Source: an uncultured beta proteobacterium (lineage in GTDB: Bacteria; Pseudomonadota; Gammaproteobacteria; Burkholderiales; Casimicrobiaceae). Taken from it: a stretch of 64,000 bases of DNA. Location: positions 238,783 through 302,782 of the forward strand of contig CAWHII010000004.1 of assembly GCA_963829415.1 (NCBI GenBank), written 5' to 3'. Each line of letters begins with the position of its first letter. The first letter of the stretch is position 1. Of this stretch, positions 31,092-39,641 are shown piece after piece. The position numbers and the translations under genes were made by a program. A model generated the notes under the pieces. It was not told where the DNA came from and did not search any database. It was given only the letters and a program-made list of their open reading frames with translations.

Positions 31092-32573
31092 TCATTCCTT
31101 GCCGTCCTTGCCGGACTCCTCGACCGGAATCGGCAAGAGCTGGCGCTCGATCATCGGCGGCGCTTCGTCATCGGATGGCCCGCCCGCTGGATTGTCCGCC
31201 GTACCGTAACTCGTGATCGCGGTGGGATTGCGCTTCCAGATCAGCGAGGGCCACGCCACCACGAGCACCAGGACCATGACCTGCGCCGCAAGGTACGGGA
31301 ACAGTGCGCGCGCGAGGCCCGACAGTGACAGACCGCGGCGCACGCTGGCGCGAACCATCAACACCGCATAGCCGAATGGCGGCGTCATGAAACTCGCCTG
31401 CAGGATGAGCAACGTGAGCACTGCGACCCACGTCGCGTCGTGAACCAGCGTCAGCAGCGGCGGGATGGCCAGTGGAATCACCACGAATATCATTTCGAAG
31501 GCGTCCAGGACCAGCGCGCAGGCAGCCACGATCGCCATGACGACCAGCAGCGATCCGCCTTCCCCCATTCCAAGCCGAACCAGTGCCGCGGCTACCCAGC
31601 GGTCGGTGCCGAATGCGCGCACGACGAGCGTGAACATGGTGGCGGCCACCAATAGCGCGAATAGCGCGCCGGTGACCGCCATGGTGTCGCGCAACACGTC
31701 GGACAAGCCCGTCAGCGTCAGCGTGCGCGTTGCAACGCCGAAGCCGAACAGCGCGACCGCCCCGAACGCCGCAGCCTCCACGGCGTACAGGTACCCCAGC
31801 GTCACGCCCGCGAGCAGGCACCCGATGAAGAGCACGGTCACGCCCGCCGTGAGCCAGTCGCGGATCGCAGGTGGCGACGCAGCGGGCGTGGCGAAGTGCG
31901 CAGCCGTACGCCGGCGGTTTGTCCCCCAGGCGATCAGCGCGCACAACGCGAGCAGGATTGCCGCAGGCACCAGCGCGCCGAGGAACACGTCCTGGGTGTT
32001 GATGACGCGCACGGATTCGTGGGTCAGGTTGGTCGCTTCCGTGTGCGCGCGCATCATGGCATCGCCCAGCAGGATGAGCACCAGCGATGGCGGGATCACG
32101 ACGCCCATCGTGCTGGCGACGCACACGATCGCCGCGCTGCGCTCCGCTGGCATGCCGTGCGCGTCGAGCCGGGGCTGCACGGTGCGGGAGAGCATCGCCA
32201 CGCTGGCGCCGACGGCCCCGTTCATCGGCGCCAGCAGCACGCCCAGCCCCAGCCCCGCAAGCGCCGGGCCTGCGCCCGTCCTCGCCAATGCGCGGTTTCC
32301 CGCGCGAAAGAGGGTCTCGGCAAGCGGCAGGTGGTTGAGCAGCGCGCCCATCAGCACATAGAGCGGCAGTGCCTGCAGGATGTCCTGCTCGAGCAAGCCC
32401 AGAAGGCGCGCGGGCATGGCGGTGAGCAACGGCAGCGCGAACACGCCGGTAACCATGCCGCCCGCCGCGAACAGCAGTGCCACACCGATCAGGATCAGCC
32501 ATGCCGGCAGTCCCGTGACGATGAGCAGCAGCGCCACCGTGACCAGCATGCCGATGCCCGCGGTCTCGCTCAT
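31092..32573 (-). CDS. TRAP transporter large permease (DctM-type)
   Basis: ALPLYVLMG, MGVVIPPSLVLILLG, VLDAFE, SFMTPPFGY; start ATG 32573. Confidence 0.88.
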   Translation of the reverse strand: MSETAGIGMLVTVALLLIVTGLPAWLILIGVALLFAAGGMVTGVFALPLLTAMPARLLGLLEQDILQALPLYVLMGALLNHLPLAETLFRAGNRALARTGAGPALAGLGLGVLLAPMNGAVGASVAMLSRTVQPRLDAHGMPAERSAAIVCVASTMGVVIPPSLVLILLGDAMMRAHTEATNLTHESVRVINTQDVFLGALVPAAILLALCALIAWGTNRRRTAAHFATPAASPPAIRDWLTAGVTVLFIGCLLAGVTLGYLYAVEAAAFGAVALFGFGVATRTLTLTGLSDVLRDTMAVTGALFALLVAATMFTLVVRAFGTDRWVAAALVRLGMGEGGSLLVVMAIVAACALVLDAFEMIFVVIPLAIPPLLTLVHDATWVAVLTLLILQASFMTPPFGYAVLMVRASVRRGLSLSGLARALFPYLAAQVMVLVLVVAWPSLIWKRNPTAITSYGTADNPAGGPSDDEAPPMIERQLLPIPVEESGKDGKE

Positions 32574-33061
32574 GTCCCGGGTGGGCTGCGGTCCCGGAAC
32601 GCATCCAGCAACGCCTGGATCAGGACCAGCAGGGCCGCCAGCAGCAATGCGATCTTGAGCACGAAGTAGCCGGGATTGAAGGTCTCCGGAAACGCTTCGA
32701 GCTGCCGGACCGACTGCACCGTCATCGGCCACGCTGAGTACAGGATGAACAGCGACCACGGCACGAGAACGAACAATGCGCCCACGCGGGCCAGCACCCG
32801 ACGGGTACGTTCCGAATAACGCTGCGCCACGAGATCGGTGGCCAGGTGCGCGTTCCGGCGAGAGGTACTGGTGATGGCAACGCTCACGTACAGCGCAAAC
32901 AGGCACTGCGCGAGATCGTTGGCCTCGCGCGAGTACGACTGGACGACGTCGCGCAGCGGCCACTGCAGGAACAGGAGCAGGCAGACTGGGAGGACCAGAA
33001 TGCTACCGGCGCGGACGACGCCTCCCACGATCCGGTCCAGCGCGCGCCCGAATCCGGTCAT
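32570..33061 (-). CDS. TRAP transporter small permease (DctQ-type)
   Basis: Four TM helices, HLATD, ETFNPGY; 4-bp overlap with dctM. Confidence 0.85.
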   Translation of the reverse strand: MTGFGRALDRIVGGVVRAGSILVLPVCLLLFLQWPLRDVVQSYSREANDLAQCLFALYVSVAITSTSRRNAHLATDLVAQRYSERTRRVLARVGALFVLVPWSLFILYSAWPMTVQSVRQLEAFPETFNPGYFVLKIALLLAALLVLIQALLDAFRDRSPPGT

Positions 33062-33071
33062 TGCGGGTCGA

Positions 33072-33740
33072 TCAGCCGATGTTCTGGCGCAGAAATGCAA
33101 GCGTGCGCTCGCGCGCCAGCCTGGCCGCCGGGGCGTCGAATGCGCCACGCTGGTCGCAATTGAAGCCGTGATCGGCCGGATAGAGGAACACCCGCGCGGA
33201 CGGATGTGCGGCAGCCAGCGCCTTCACGCCGGCCGCGGGGATATTCGCGTCGCGCTCGCCGAAGTGCGCCATGACCGGGCAGGTCGGCTGTTCCGCAATG
33301 GCATCGGTCATGCCGCCACCATAATACGGTACGGCACACGCAAAGCCCGGGAGGCGCGCAGCGGCGAGCCAGGCCAGGTATCCACCCCAGCAATAGCCGA
33401 TGACGCCGACCTTGCCAGTGCTCGCCACGCAGTCACGGGCAGCCGCCAGGTCGAGCAGCGCCGCGTCCGTCTTCGCGAGCCCCTTCAATTCCCGGCCGCG
33501 GGCAACGTCCGCTGGCGTATAGCCCAAGTCCACGTCGCGTTCATAGCGGTCGAAGAGCGCCGGTGCGACAGCTTCATATCCGTCGGCGGCAAAGCCGTCG
33601 CAGACGCTGCGGATATGGCTGTTGACGCCGAATATTTCCTGCGCGACGACGAGCGCGCCGCGCGGTGAACCCGCGGGCTTCGCACGATACGCCGAGAACC
33701 GGAAGCCGTCGGCTGCCGTCAGTTCAATCCACTCGCCCAT
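33072..33740 (-). CDS. Dienelactone hydrolase family protein
   Basis: QEIFGVN, GYCWGG nucleophile, HFGERD, HGFNCD. Confidence 0.93.
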   Translation of the reverse strand: MGEWIELTAADGFRFSAYRAKPAGSPRGALVVAQEIFGVNSHIRSVCDGFAADGYEAVAPALFDRYERDVDLGYTPADVARGRELKGLAKTDAALLDLAAARDCVASTGKVGVIGYCWGGYLAWLAAARLPGFACAVPYYGGGMTDAIAEQPTCPVMAHFGERDANIPAAGVKALAAAHPSARVFLYPADHGFNCDQRGAFDAPAARLARERTLAFLRQNIG

Positions 33741-33755
33741 GCCCGTACGGTCTTT

Positions 33756-34685
33756 TCAGGTGAAGAATATCCAGTAGAACAATCCGATCACAATGAGCCA
33801 CTTCAGCGCGTAATACAGCCCCCGGAAGCGGTGCTTGAGCGCCTTGCCGGGAACGCGCAGGTAATAGACCAGGCTGAAGAGGCGGTTGAGCCAGCCGACG
33901 TGGTCGCCGGCGATGTTCTCCGTCTGGCTCGCGCTGATGAACGTGTTCTTGTACCACTTGTTGATGCGGGTCATCACCCGGTTGGTCAGCGGCCTTTCGA
34001 CGTCGCAGAAGAAGATGACGCGCATCTGGTCGGTCTTGTTCTCGGCCCAGTGGAGGAACGTTTCGTCGAACATCACGGCCTCGCCGTCGCGCCAGTGGTA
34101 GGGGTGCCCATCGACGAAGATGTGGCAATCCTCCGAGTTCGGCGTCGAAAGGCCCAGGTGGTAGCGCAGCGAACCTGCAAAGGGATCGCGATGCTTGCCC
34201 AGCTTGCCGCCTGGCGGCAGCAACGCGAACATCGCGCCGTTGATCGCCGGGATGGACTGGACCAGTGCCACGGTCCTGGGACACAACGCCTGCGCCGAAG
34301 GCAACGGCTGGTCGTACCACTTGACGTAGAAGCGCTTCCAGCCGCGCCGGAAGAACGAGTTGAATCCGAGATCGTTGAACTTCGCCGTCCCCCGGATGTA
34401 CCCCTCGTCGAACAGCTGCAACGCTTCGTCGCGGAGCATCTGCCAGTTGTCGGTCACCGGTTTGAGATCGGGAAAGCGGTCGACGTCGATGAAAGGCCGG
34501 TTGGGCACTGCGGAGAAGAAATACATGAGCGCGTTGTACGGCGCCATGAACGTCGAATGGTCGGTGATCTGACGGTAGAACCGGATCCGGACGCTACCGC
34601 GGAAATGCACGAACAGGGCCGAGGCGAGGAACGCGTAGAGGATCGCCGCCTTCCAGTTGAGTAACATGTCGAGCATGGTCGCCAT
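33756..34685 (-). CDS. lpxO: LpxO-type lipid A 2-hydroxylase (Asp/Asn beta-hydroxylase family)
   Basis: HFRGSVR..RQITDHSTFMAPYN, FNSFF..GWKRFYVKWY, HRDPFAGSLRYHLGL, FDETFLH; terminal TM helices; start 34667-34685. Confidence 0.9.
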   Translation of the reverse strand: MATMLDMLLNWKAAILYAFLASALFVHFRGSVRIRFYRQITDHSTFMAPYNALMYFFSAVPNRPFIDVDRFPDLKPVTDNWQMLRDEALQLFDEGYIRGTAKFNDLGFNSFFRRGWKRFYVKWYDQPLPSAQALCPRTVALVQSIPAINGAMFALLPPGGKLGKHRDPFAGSLRYHLGLSTPNSEDCHIFVDGHPYHWRDGEAVMFDETFLHWAENKTDQMRVIFFCDVERPLTNRVMTRINKWYKNTFISASQTENIAGDHVGWLNRLFSLVYYLRVPGKALKHRFRGLYYALKWLIVIGLFYWIFFT

Positions 34686-34686
34686 G

Positions 34687-35928
34687 TTACGGCATCGCGG
34701 ACTTGCGCGGCTTGCGGGCCACGGATTTCCAGCGCCGATGCACCCAGTACCACTGCTCGGGACGCCGCAGGATGGCCCTTTCCAGAACGGCGTTGTATGC
34801 ACGCGTATTGAGGCGGATGGCCTCGCCCGTCTTTTCGCATTCGATGGGCGACATGGGCTCCTCGAAGCGCAGCACATGGTGTCCGTCGGGTTCGCGCCAA
34901 CTGGTCGCCGGCAGCACCGGCGCGCCGGTGGCAAGCGCGATGATCGCGAGGCTCTTGAACGTCCACGCGGGGTGGCCGAAAAAGTCGACCTCAATGCCAT
35001 CCGGCGGGCGCGCATGCTGATCGAAGGGGAACACGATCGCGTCCCCGGCACCCAGTCTATCAAGCATCGCATCGAGCGAGCCGCGCTTGGGGAAGACACC
35101 AAATCCGGCTTCGTTGAACCGCCGTGTGACGAGCGCATCGAGCCACTTGGGCTTGATCGCGCGCCGCACGAAATGGAACCTGCCGCGCATCTGCGGATAG
35201 TGGTTGAGGCCCGCGATGGTCGACACTTCCCAGTTGCCGAAGTGGCCGGTGAGAATGAGAACGCCCTTGTTCTGGCCCAGCGCGCTGGCAAAGGCGTCGA
35301 CATTCTCGATGCGCACCATGGCCATCTTCCGTTCGTGCGACAGCCAGCGGAACTTCAGGAACTCCACGAACAGCCGCCACAGATGCCCGTAATGCGCCTG
35401 TGCCAGCTGCACGATCTCGTCTTCGCCGATCCGTTCGCCGTAGACGAGGCGAAGGTTGTCGAGCATCACCTGTCGCCTTATCGGCAGGAACCGGAACAGG
35501 AATTTGCCGGCCCACGGCACCGCGATTGCGTCGTGTTCGGCCACCGCTACAGCCGACGCGCTCCCGCGATCATGCGAAAGCGAAATACCGATAGCCTTGA
35601 TGCGATAGCGCGCGAGCAGCGCCGCGGCGGCCGACCCGCACACCAGATTCGGCGCTCCATAGTCGTCGCGCGCCACCGAGAATTCGGCGGCCTCGATCTG
35701 ACCTAGCGCCGTTTCGCGCGGGAAGAGCTTCAGGCAGGCTTCCTTGGCCGCAAAACGAGCCGCGAGACTGGCCGAGCGGCCGGGACCGTCTCCGCTGTCC
35801 ATCAGCTCCTGCGGCGAAAAAAGTCTGGCGAGATCGGCCGCCGGCGTTTCCCGCAGCAGGCGCTCGATGCGCGAAATTTCCACGGTATCAATGCCGCAGC
35901 GACGGCTGGCGCCTGCAGGAACCGTCAT
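34687..35928 (-). CDS. Fusion of AcpS-type phosphopantetheinyl transferase and LpxL/HtrB-family acyltransferase
   Basis: N-terminal GIDTVEISRI..AARFAAKEACLK..ISLSHD; C-terminal NLRLVYG..LILTGHFGNWE..FPFDQH..RRPEQWYWVHRRWK; single open frame. Confidence 0.88.
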   Translation of the reverse strand: MTVPAGASRRCGIDTVEISRIERLLRETPAADLARLFSPQELMDSGDGPGRSASLAARFAAKEACLKLFPRETALGQIEAAEFSVARDDYGAPNLVCGSAAAALLARYRIKAIGISLSHDRGSASAVAVAEHDAIAVPWAGKFLFRFLPIRRQVMLDNLRLVYGERIGEDEIVQLAQAHYGHLWRLFVEFLKFRWLSHERKMAMVRIENVDAFASALGQNKGVLILTGHFGNWEVSTIAGLNHYPQMRGRFHFVRRAIKPKWLDALVTRRFNEAGFGVFPKRGSLDAMLDRLGAGDAIVFPFDQHARPPDGIEVDFFGHPAWTFKSLAIIALATGAPVLPATSWREPDGHHVLRFEEPMSPIECEKTGEAIRLNTRAYNAVLERAILRRPEQWYWVHRRWKSVARKPRKSAMP

Positions 35929-35940
35929 GGCCCCGCCGGC

Positions 35941-35976
35941 CTCCGTTGGCACCCCAGTTGGCACCTCAGTTGGCAC
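35941..35976. repeat. Three tandem 12-bp imperfect repeats
   Basis: CTCCGTTGGCAC / CCCAGTTGGCAC / CTCAGTTGGCAC. Confidence 0.8.
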
Positions 35977-35979
35977 ATC

Positions 35980-37254
35980 TCACGCGGCACGCACAAGCAG
36001 CGCCGCGTCGGTGCCGCCGAATCCCCGGCACAGGACCAATGCGATCTTGCTGCGCGGTGCCTGCGGCGATGTGGATACCGAAACGCCGGCACAGTCCGGA
36101 TCGAGTTCCCGGAGCGTTGCCACGCCAGGCACGACGCCCTCGGCCAGCGCCACGAGCGCCAGTGTCGCCTCGAGAATTCCGGCTGCGGCGATCAGGTGCC
36201 CGAACGACCACTTGAACGCGGTCACGGGCGGCACGTCTGCCCCGAACACGGTCCGGATCGCAGCGGCTTCGGACGCGTCCGACGGCCTCGTGCCGTTGCC
36301 ATGCGCGACGATCATCCCGACATCGGCTGCATGGATCTTCGCATCGTCCAGCGCGGCCGCGATGGCCCGCGCAAGCCCGTCGCCGTCGTCGCGGATTGCG
36401 AGCAGGCCGGTCGCCTCCGAGACCTGGCCGCCACCCAGCACTTCACCCAGCACTTTCGCATTGCGCGCTGCGGCGGACGCCTCCAGCTCCATCACCAGCG
36501 CGCCCGCGCCTTCGCCGAAGACGCTGCCGTCACGCGTGACGTCGAAGGGGCGCAACGTCTGCGACGCAATCAATCCGAGGCGATAGTAGTACAGCACCAT
36601 CTGCGGCTCGATCGGCGCATCGTGACCCACGGCAACGACGCGGTCCGCTTCGCCATTGCGCAGTGCCTCCATGCCCTCGATCACCGCCAGCGAGCCGCTG
36701 CAGCTGTGACTGGTAATGCACGCGTTGCTGCCTTTCAGTCCGTATTTGATGCCGATGTGCCCGAGCACGTTGTTGGGCAGCGAGCGCAGCAGCCACATCG
36801 GATTCACGGTGTTGGCCAGCTCCCGCCCGAATTCCGGCATGCTGCCGTTGGCCGTGGCCAGCAGCGGGAAATAATCGTACTGATTCTCGAAATTGCCGCT
36901 GCCCGAGCCGACGTAGACGCCCGTGCGGTCGCTGAATGTCGCGGCGGCATCGGCCGCCAGCGATTCGCGATGTGAGACCAGGCCTGCGGCTTCGATCGCG
37001 CGGCCGGCAGCATAAAGCCCGAAGAGGTCCGTGCGCCGGATCAGCTTGTGCAGCTTGCGATCGTCGACCATTTCGCGTGCGTTGAAATTGGCGACCTCGC
37101 CGGCCATCCGCGTCGGCCACAGCGCCGCGTCCCATTGCTGAATCGGTGCGATCGACGACGTGCCGGCCCGCGCCGCGGCGAAGATGTCGCCCGGGCTCTT
37201 GCCGCCCGAACACACGGCACCGGTGGCCGTGATCACGATGCGCGGCGCGCTCAA
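35980..37254 (-). CDS. Beta-ketoacyl synthase-like protein with Ser at the catalytic Cys position
   Basis: RIVITATGAV, GSNACITSHSCSG in place of G.....TACxSG, AHGNGT and GHLIAAAG retained; TTG start at 37254 inferred. Confidence 0.85.
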   Translation of the reverse strand: MSAPRIVITATGAVCSGGKSPGDIFAAARAGTSSIAPIQQWDAALWPTRMAGEVANFNAREMVDDRKLHKLIRRTDLFGLYAAGRAIEAAGLVSHRESLAADAAATFSDRTGVYVGSGSGNFENQYDYFPLLATANGSMPEFGRELANTVNPMWLLRSLPNNVLGHIGIKYGLKGSNACITSHSCSGSLAVIEGMEALRNGEADRVVAVGHDAPIEPQMVLYYYRLGLIASQTLRPFDVTRDGSVFGEGAGALVMELEASAAARNAKVLGEVLGGGQVSEATGLLAIRDDGDGLARAIAAALDDAKIHAADVGMIVAHGNGTRPSDASEAAAIRTVFGADVPPVTAFKWSFGHLIAAAGILEATLALVALAEGVVPGVATLRELDPDCAGVSVSTSPQAPRSKIALVLCRGFGGTDAALLVRAA

Positions 37255-37258
37255 CGGA

Positions 37259-37445
37259 CCCCCACGCTTGCGGCCACCGAAAATGAGGCCGCCGCGCTGC
37301 CCCCGGCGGGGGAGTAATTCCGTGCGGCCTCCTTTGGGTCGCGGGAACTCCGAAGCGATCCCGTTTCGGCCACCGCCCGCACTCGCGGCCGCGCGCTGCG
37401 CGCCTGGGCTTCGCCCCGCTCGTGCAGGTGTCCTCGGGACGGCCC
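37259..37445 (-). repeat. REP-like GC-rich palindromic intergenic element
   Basis: Minus strand begins GGGCCGTCCC, contains hairpin CCCCCGCCGGGGG-CAGCG (37300-37312), ends GCGTGGGGG just before the TTG start. Confidence 0.45.
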
Positions 37446-37453
37446 TGCCGCGC

Positions 37454-38770
37454 TCACGTCGACTCGCTTTCCACGGCGGCGTCCGTTTCTTCCGGATTGC
37501 GCAGCACAATGCAGCTGTTGGAACCGCCGAAACCGAACGAATTGGACATGGTCATGCGCACGCGCTGGCGTCGCGGCGTGTCGCGCACGAAATTGAGATC
37601 GCAGTCGGGATCGACTTCGCGCAGGTTCGCGTTGATCGGCATCATGCCGTCGCGAATCGCCAGCGCGCAGATCGCGACCTCGACCGCACCTGCCGCCGCG
37701 ATCAGGTGTCCCATCGTGCTCTTGGTCGAGCTGACCGAGAGTGCCGCGACGCGCGGGCCGAAGACCGCTTTCACCGCGGCGCTCTCGCTGCGATCGTTCA
37801 TGCCGGTGGACGTGCCGTGCGCGTTCAGGTAATCGATATCGGCAGGTGTTGCGCCCGCGCTCCACAAGGCCTGCCGCATCGCCTGGATCGGACCGTCGCC
37901 GTCCGGCGGCGAATCGGTGATGCGATAACTGGACAGCGAATTGCCGTCGCCCGCCAGCTCGGCGTAGATGCGTGCGCCGCGCTTGCGCGCCGCATGCCAT
38001 TCCTCGAGCACCAGGAATCCCGCGCCTTCCCCCAGCAGGAAGCCGTTGCGCGTCACGTCGAACGGGCGGCTCGCGCGCTGCGGCGCGGCGTTGTCCGGCG
38101 ACAACGCCGACAGCAGGCAAAAGCCGCTGATGCCGACAGGACTGATCATCGAATCGAACCCGCCGGCGAGAACATGGTCGACTGCGCCGCGACGGATCAA
38201 TTTCATCGCGGTGCCCAGCGCCTGGCCACCGGATGCACAGGCGGTGTGCACCGCGGACGCATAACCACGTATGCCGTGACGGCGCGTGATGAGCGACAAA
38301 CCCGCTGCGCAGTTGCTGCGGCAAAATGCCACAGGGTCGTTGGCCGGACCGTCTGTCAGCAGCAGGTCCGAATGGAGGACGCCGTCCGCGGCCGAATGCG
38401 TTTGCGTCCCGGCGAGGTCCGCGAAGTCCACGCCCATCATGCCTGCACCAAGAGTGCATCCCCAGCGCGTCGCATCGGCTTCCGTCGGGCGAATGCCGGC
38501 ATCGCGCAGCGCCTGTTCCGCGGCAGCGAGCGCAAAGCGATGGGAACGATTGGTGAGCTTGAGCAGCTTTCGGTCTCCGATCTGCGCGACTTCGTCGAAA
38601 CCCTTCACCTCCGCCGCGATGTGCACCGGAAAGCCGCTGGCGTCGAACACGGTGATCTGTGCCCCGCCACTTCTGCCATGGAGGACCGCATCCCACGTCG
38701 TGGCGACGTCGTTGCCGACGGGTGTCACCAGCCCCAACCCCGTTATCGCAACTCGTTTGCGCGCGGTCAT
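37454..38770 (-). CDS. fabF: Beta-ketoacyl-ACP synthase II (FabF-like), intact Cys-His-His triad
   Basis: RVAITGLGLVTPVGN, HTACASG, NAHGTST, STKSTMGHLIAAAG, SNSFGFGG. Confidence 0.92.
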   Translation of the reverse strand: MTARKRVAITGLGLVTPVGNDVATTWDAVLHGRSGGAQITVFDASGFPVHIAAEVKGFDEVAQIGDRKLLKLTNRSHRFALAAAEQALRDAGIRPTEADATRWGCTLGAGMMGVDFADLAGTQTHSAADGVLHSDLLLTDGPANDPVAFCRSNCAAGLSLITRRHGIRGYASAVHTACASGGQALGTAMKLIRRGAVDHVLAGGFDSMISPVGISGFCLLSALSPDNAAPQRASRPFDVTRNGFLLGEGAGFLVLEEWHAARKRGARIYAELAGDGNSLSSYRITDSPPDGDGPIQAMRQALWSAGATPADIDYLNAHGTSTGMNDRSESAAVKAVFGPRVAALSVSSTKSTMGHLIAAAGAVEVAICALAIRDGMMPINANLREVDPDCDLNFVRDTPRRQRVRMTMSNSFGFGGSNSCIVLRNPEETDAAVESEST

Positions 38771-38774
38771 GGCA

Positions 38775-39626
38775 TCAGGGAGCTGGCTTGAGAAACTCGA
38801 CCCGCGCCGTGGCAATGGTCTTGCCGTTGCGGTCGCGCGCGCTCAGGGAAATCCGCGTCGTGCCATCCTGCGTGCCCGCGAATTCCGCACGGCTATCGAC
38901 CTCCTGGCCCGGCAGGATGAATGCGCGCATCTTCACGTGGGTCATGCGCACCGGCACAGGATCCGGCCCTTCCTGCCCGGCGTTTGCCTCGCGCGCAAGT
39001 TGCGTGGCCAATGCGATCTGCGCATTGAGCAGGAGCGTAGCCGGAAACACCGGGCGGCGCGGGAAATGGTCGGCAAAGAATGGGGTTGATGCGGGAACGT
39101 GCAGCGTTGACCGCACCAATTTTCCCGGAATGTGCTCGACAGTTTCGACGGCAGGTTCGGCAACGCCATGGAAACGATCGACTGGCGCGCCTGCTCCCCG
39201 CAACAACGCAAAGCGCTGCTGCAAGAGTTCAGGCGCGTCGAAATCGGCCACGGGCAGCATGGGGCCCAGGCAGTCGTTCAATTCGATCACCGCCCTCCCG
39301 TTCACCGAGGCTTCGCCGCGATAGGACACGGCGTCATCGTCGACTTCGTCAATGACAACCGAAAGGTGAATGTCGTCGCCCGGCGCCACGTCGCCCAGGA
39401 AGCGTGTCTCGCCGGCGAGTGCGGCGACCGGCCGTCCACGGTAACCGATATATTCCATCGAGACCCAGGCTGCAAGCTGGCCGACCGCTTCCGCGACGAG
39501 GCACGCCGGAAACACGCGAATCGCGGCTGGCACGTGAAAAATGCCGCGCGCGCTCGTTCCTGGCGTGAATTCCGTGATGCGGTCGACAAAGGAAAACGCG
39601 GCGAAATGGTCGATTGGGTCAGCCAT
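38775..39626 (-). CDS. Tandem (double hot-dog) FabZ-like dehydratase
   Basis: Domain 1 FSFVDRI..FPACLVAEAVGQ; domain 2 FFADHFPRRPVFPATLLLNAQ. Confidence 0.82.
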   Translation of the reverse strand: MADPIDHFAAFSFVDRITEFTPGTSARGIFHVPAAIRVFPACLVAEAVGQLAAWVSMEYIGYRGRPVAALAGETRFLGDVAPGDDIHLSVVIDEVDDDAVSYRGEASVNGRAVIELNDCLGPMLPVADFDAPELLQQRFALLRGAGAPVDRFHGVAEPAVETVEHIPGKLVRSTLHVPASTPFFADHFPRRPVFPATLLLNAQIALATQLAREANAGQEGPDPVPVRMTHVKMRAFILPGQEVDSRAEFAGTQDGTTRISLSARDRNGKTIATARVEFLKPAP

Positions 39627-39641
39627 GGGCTCCGCGCGCCT

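Noticed and set aside
31092-32963. 623-aa DctM
   Set aside because: The first ~130 aa overlap dctQ in another frame; the true start is 32573 with a 4-bp overlap.
33756-35303. 515-aa ORF as an N-terminally extended LpxO
   Set aside because: The extension is an alternative frame of the acyltransferase gene; LpxO similarity begins at ~34685.
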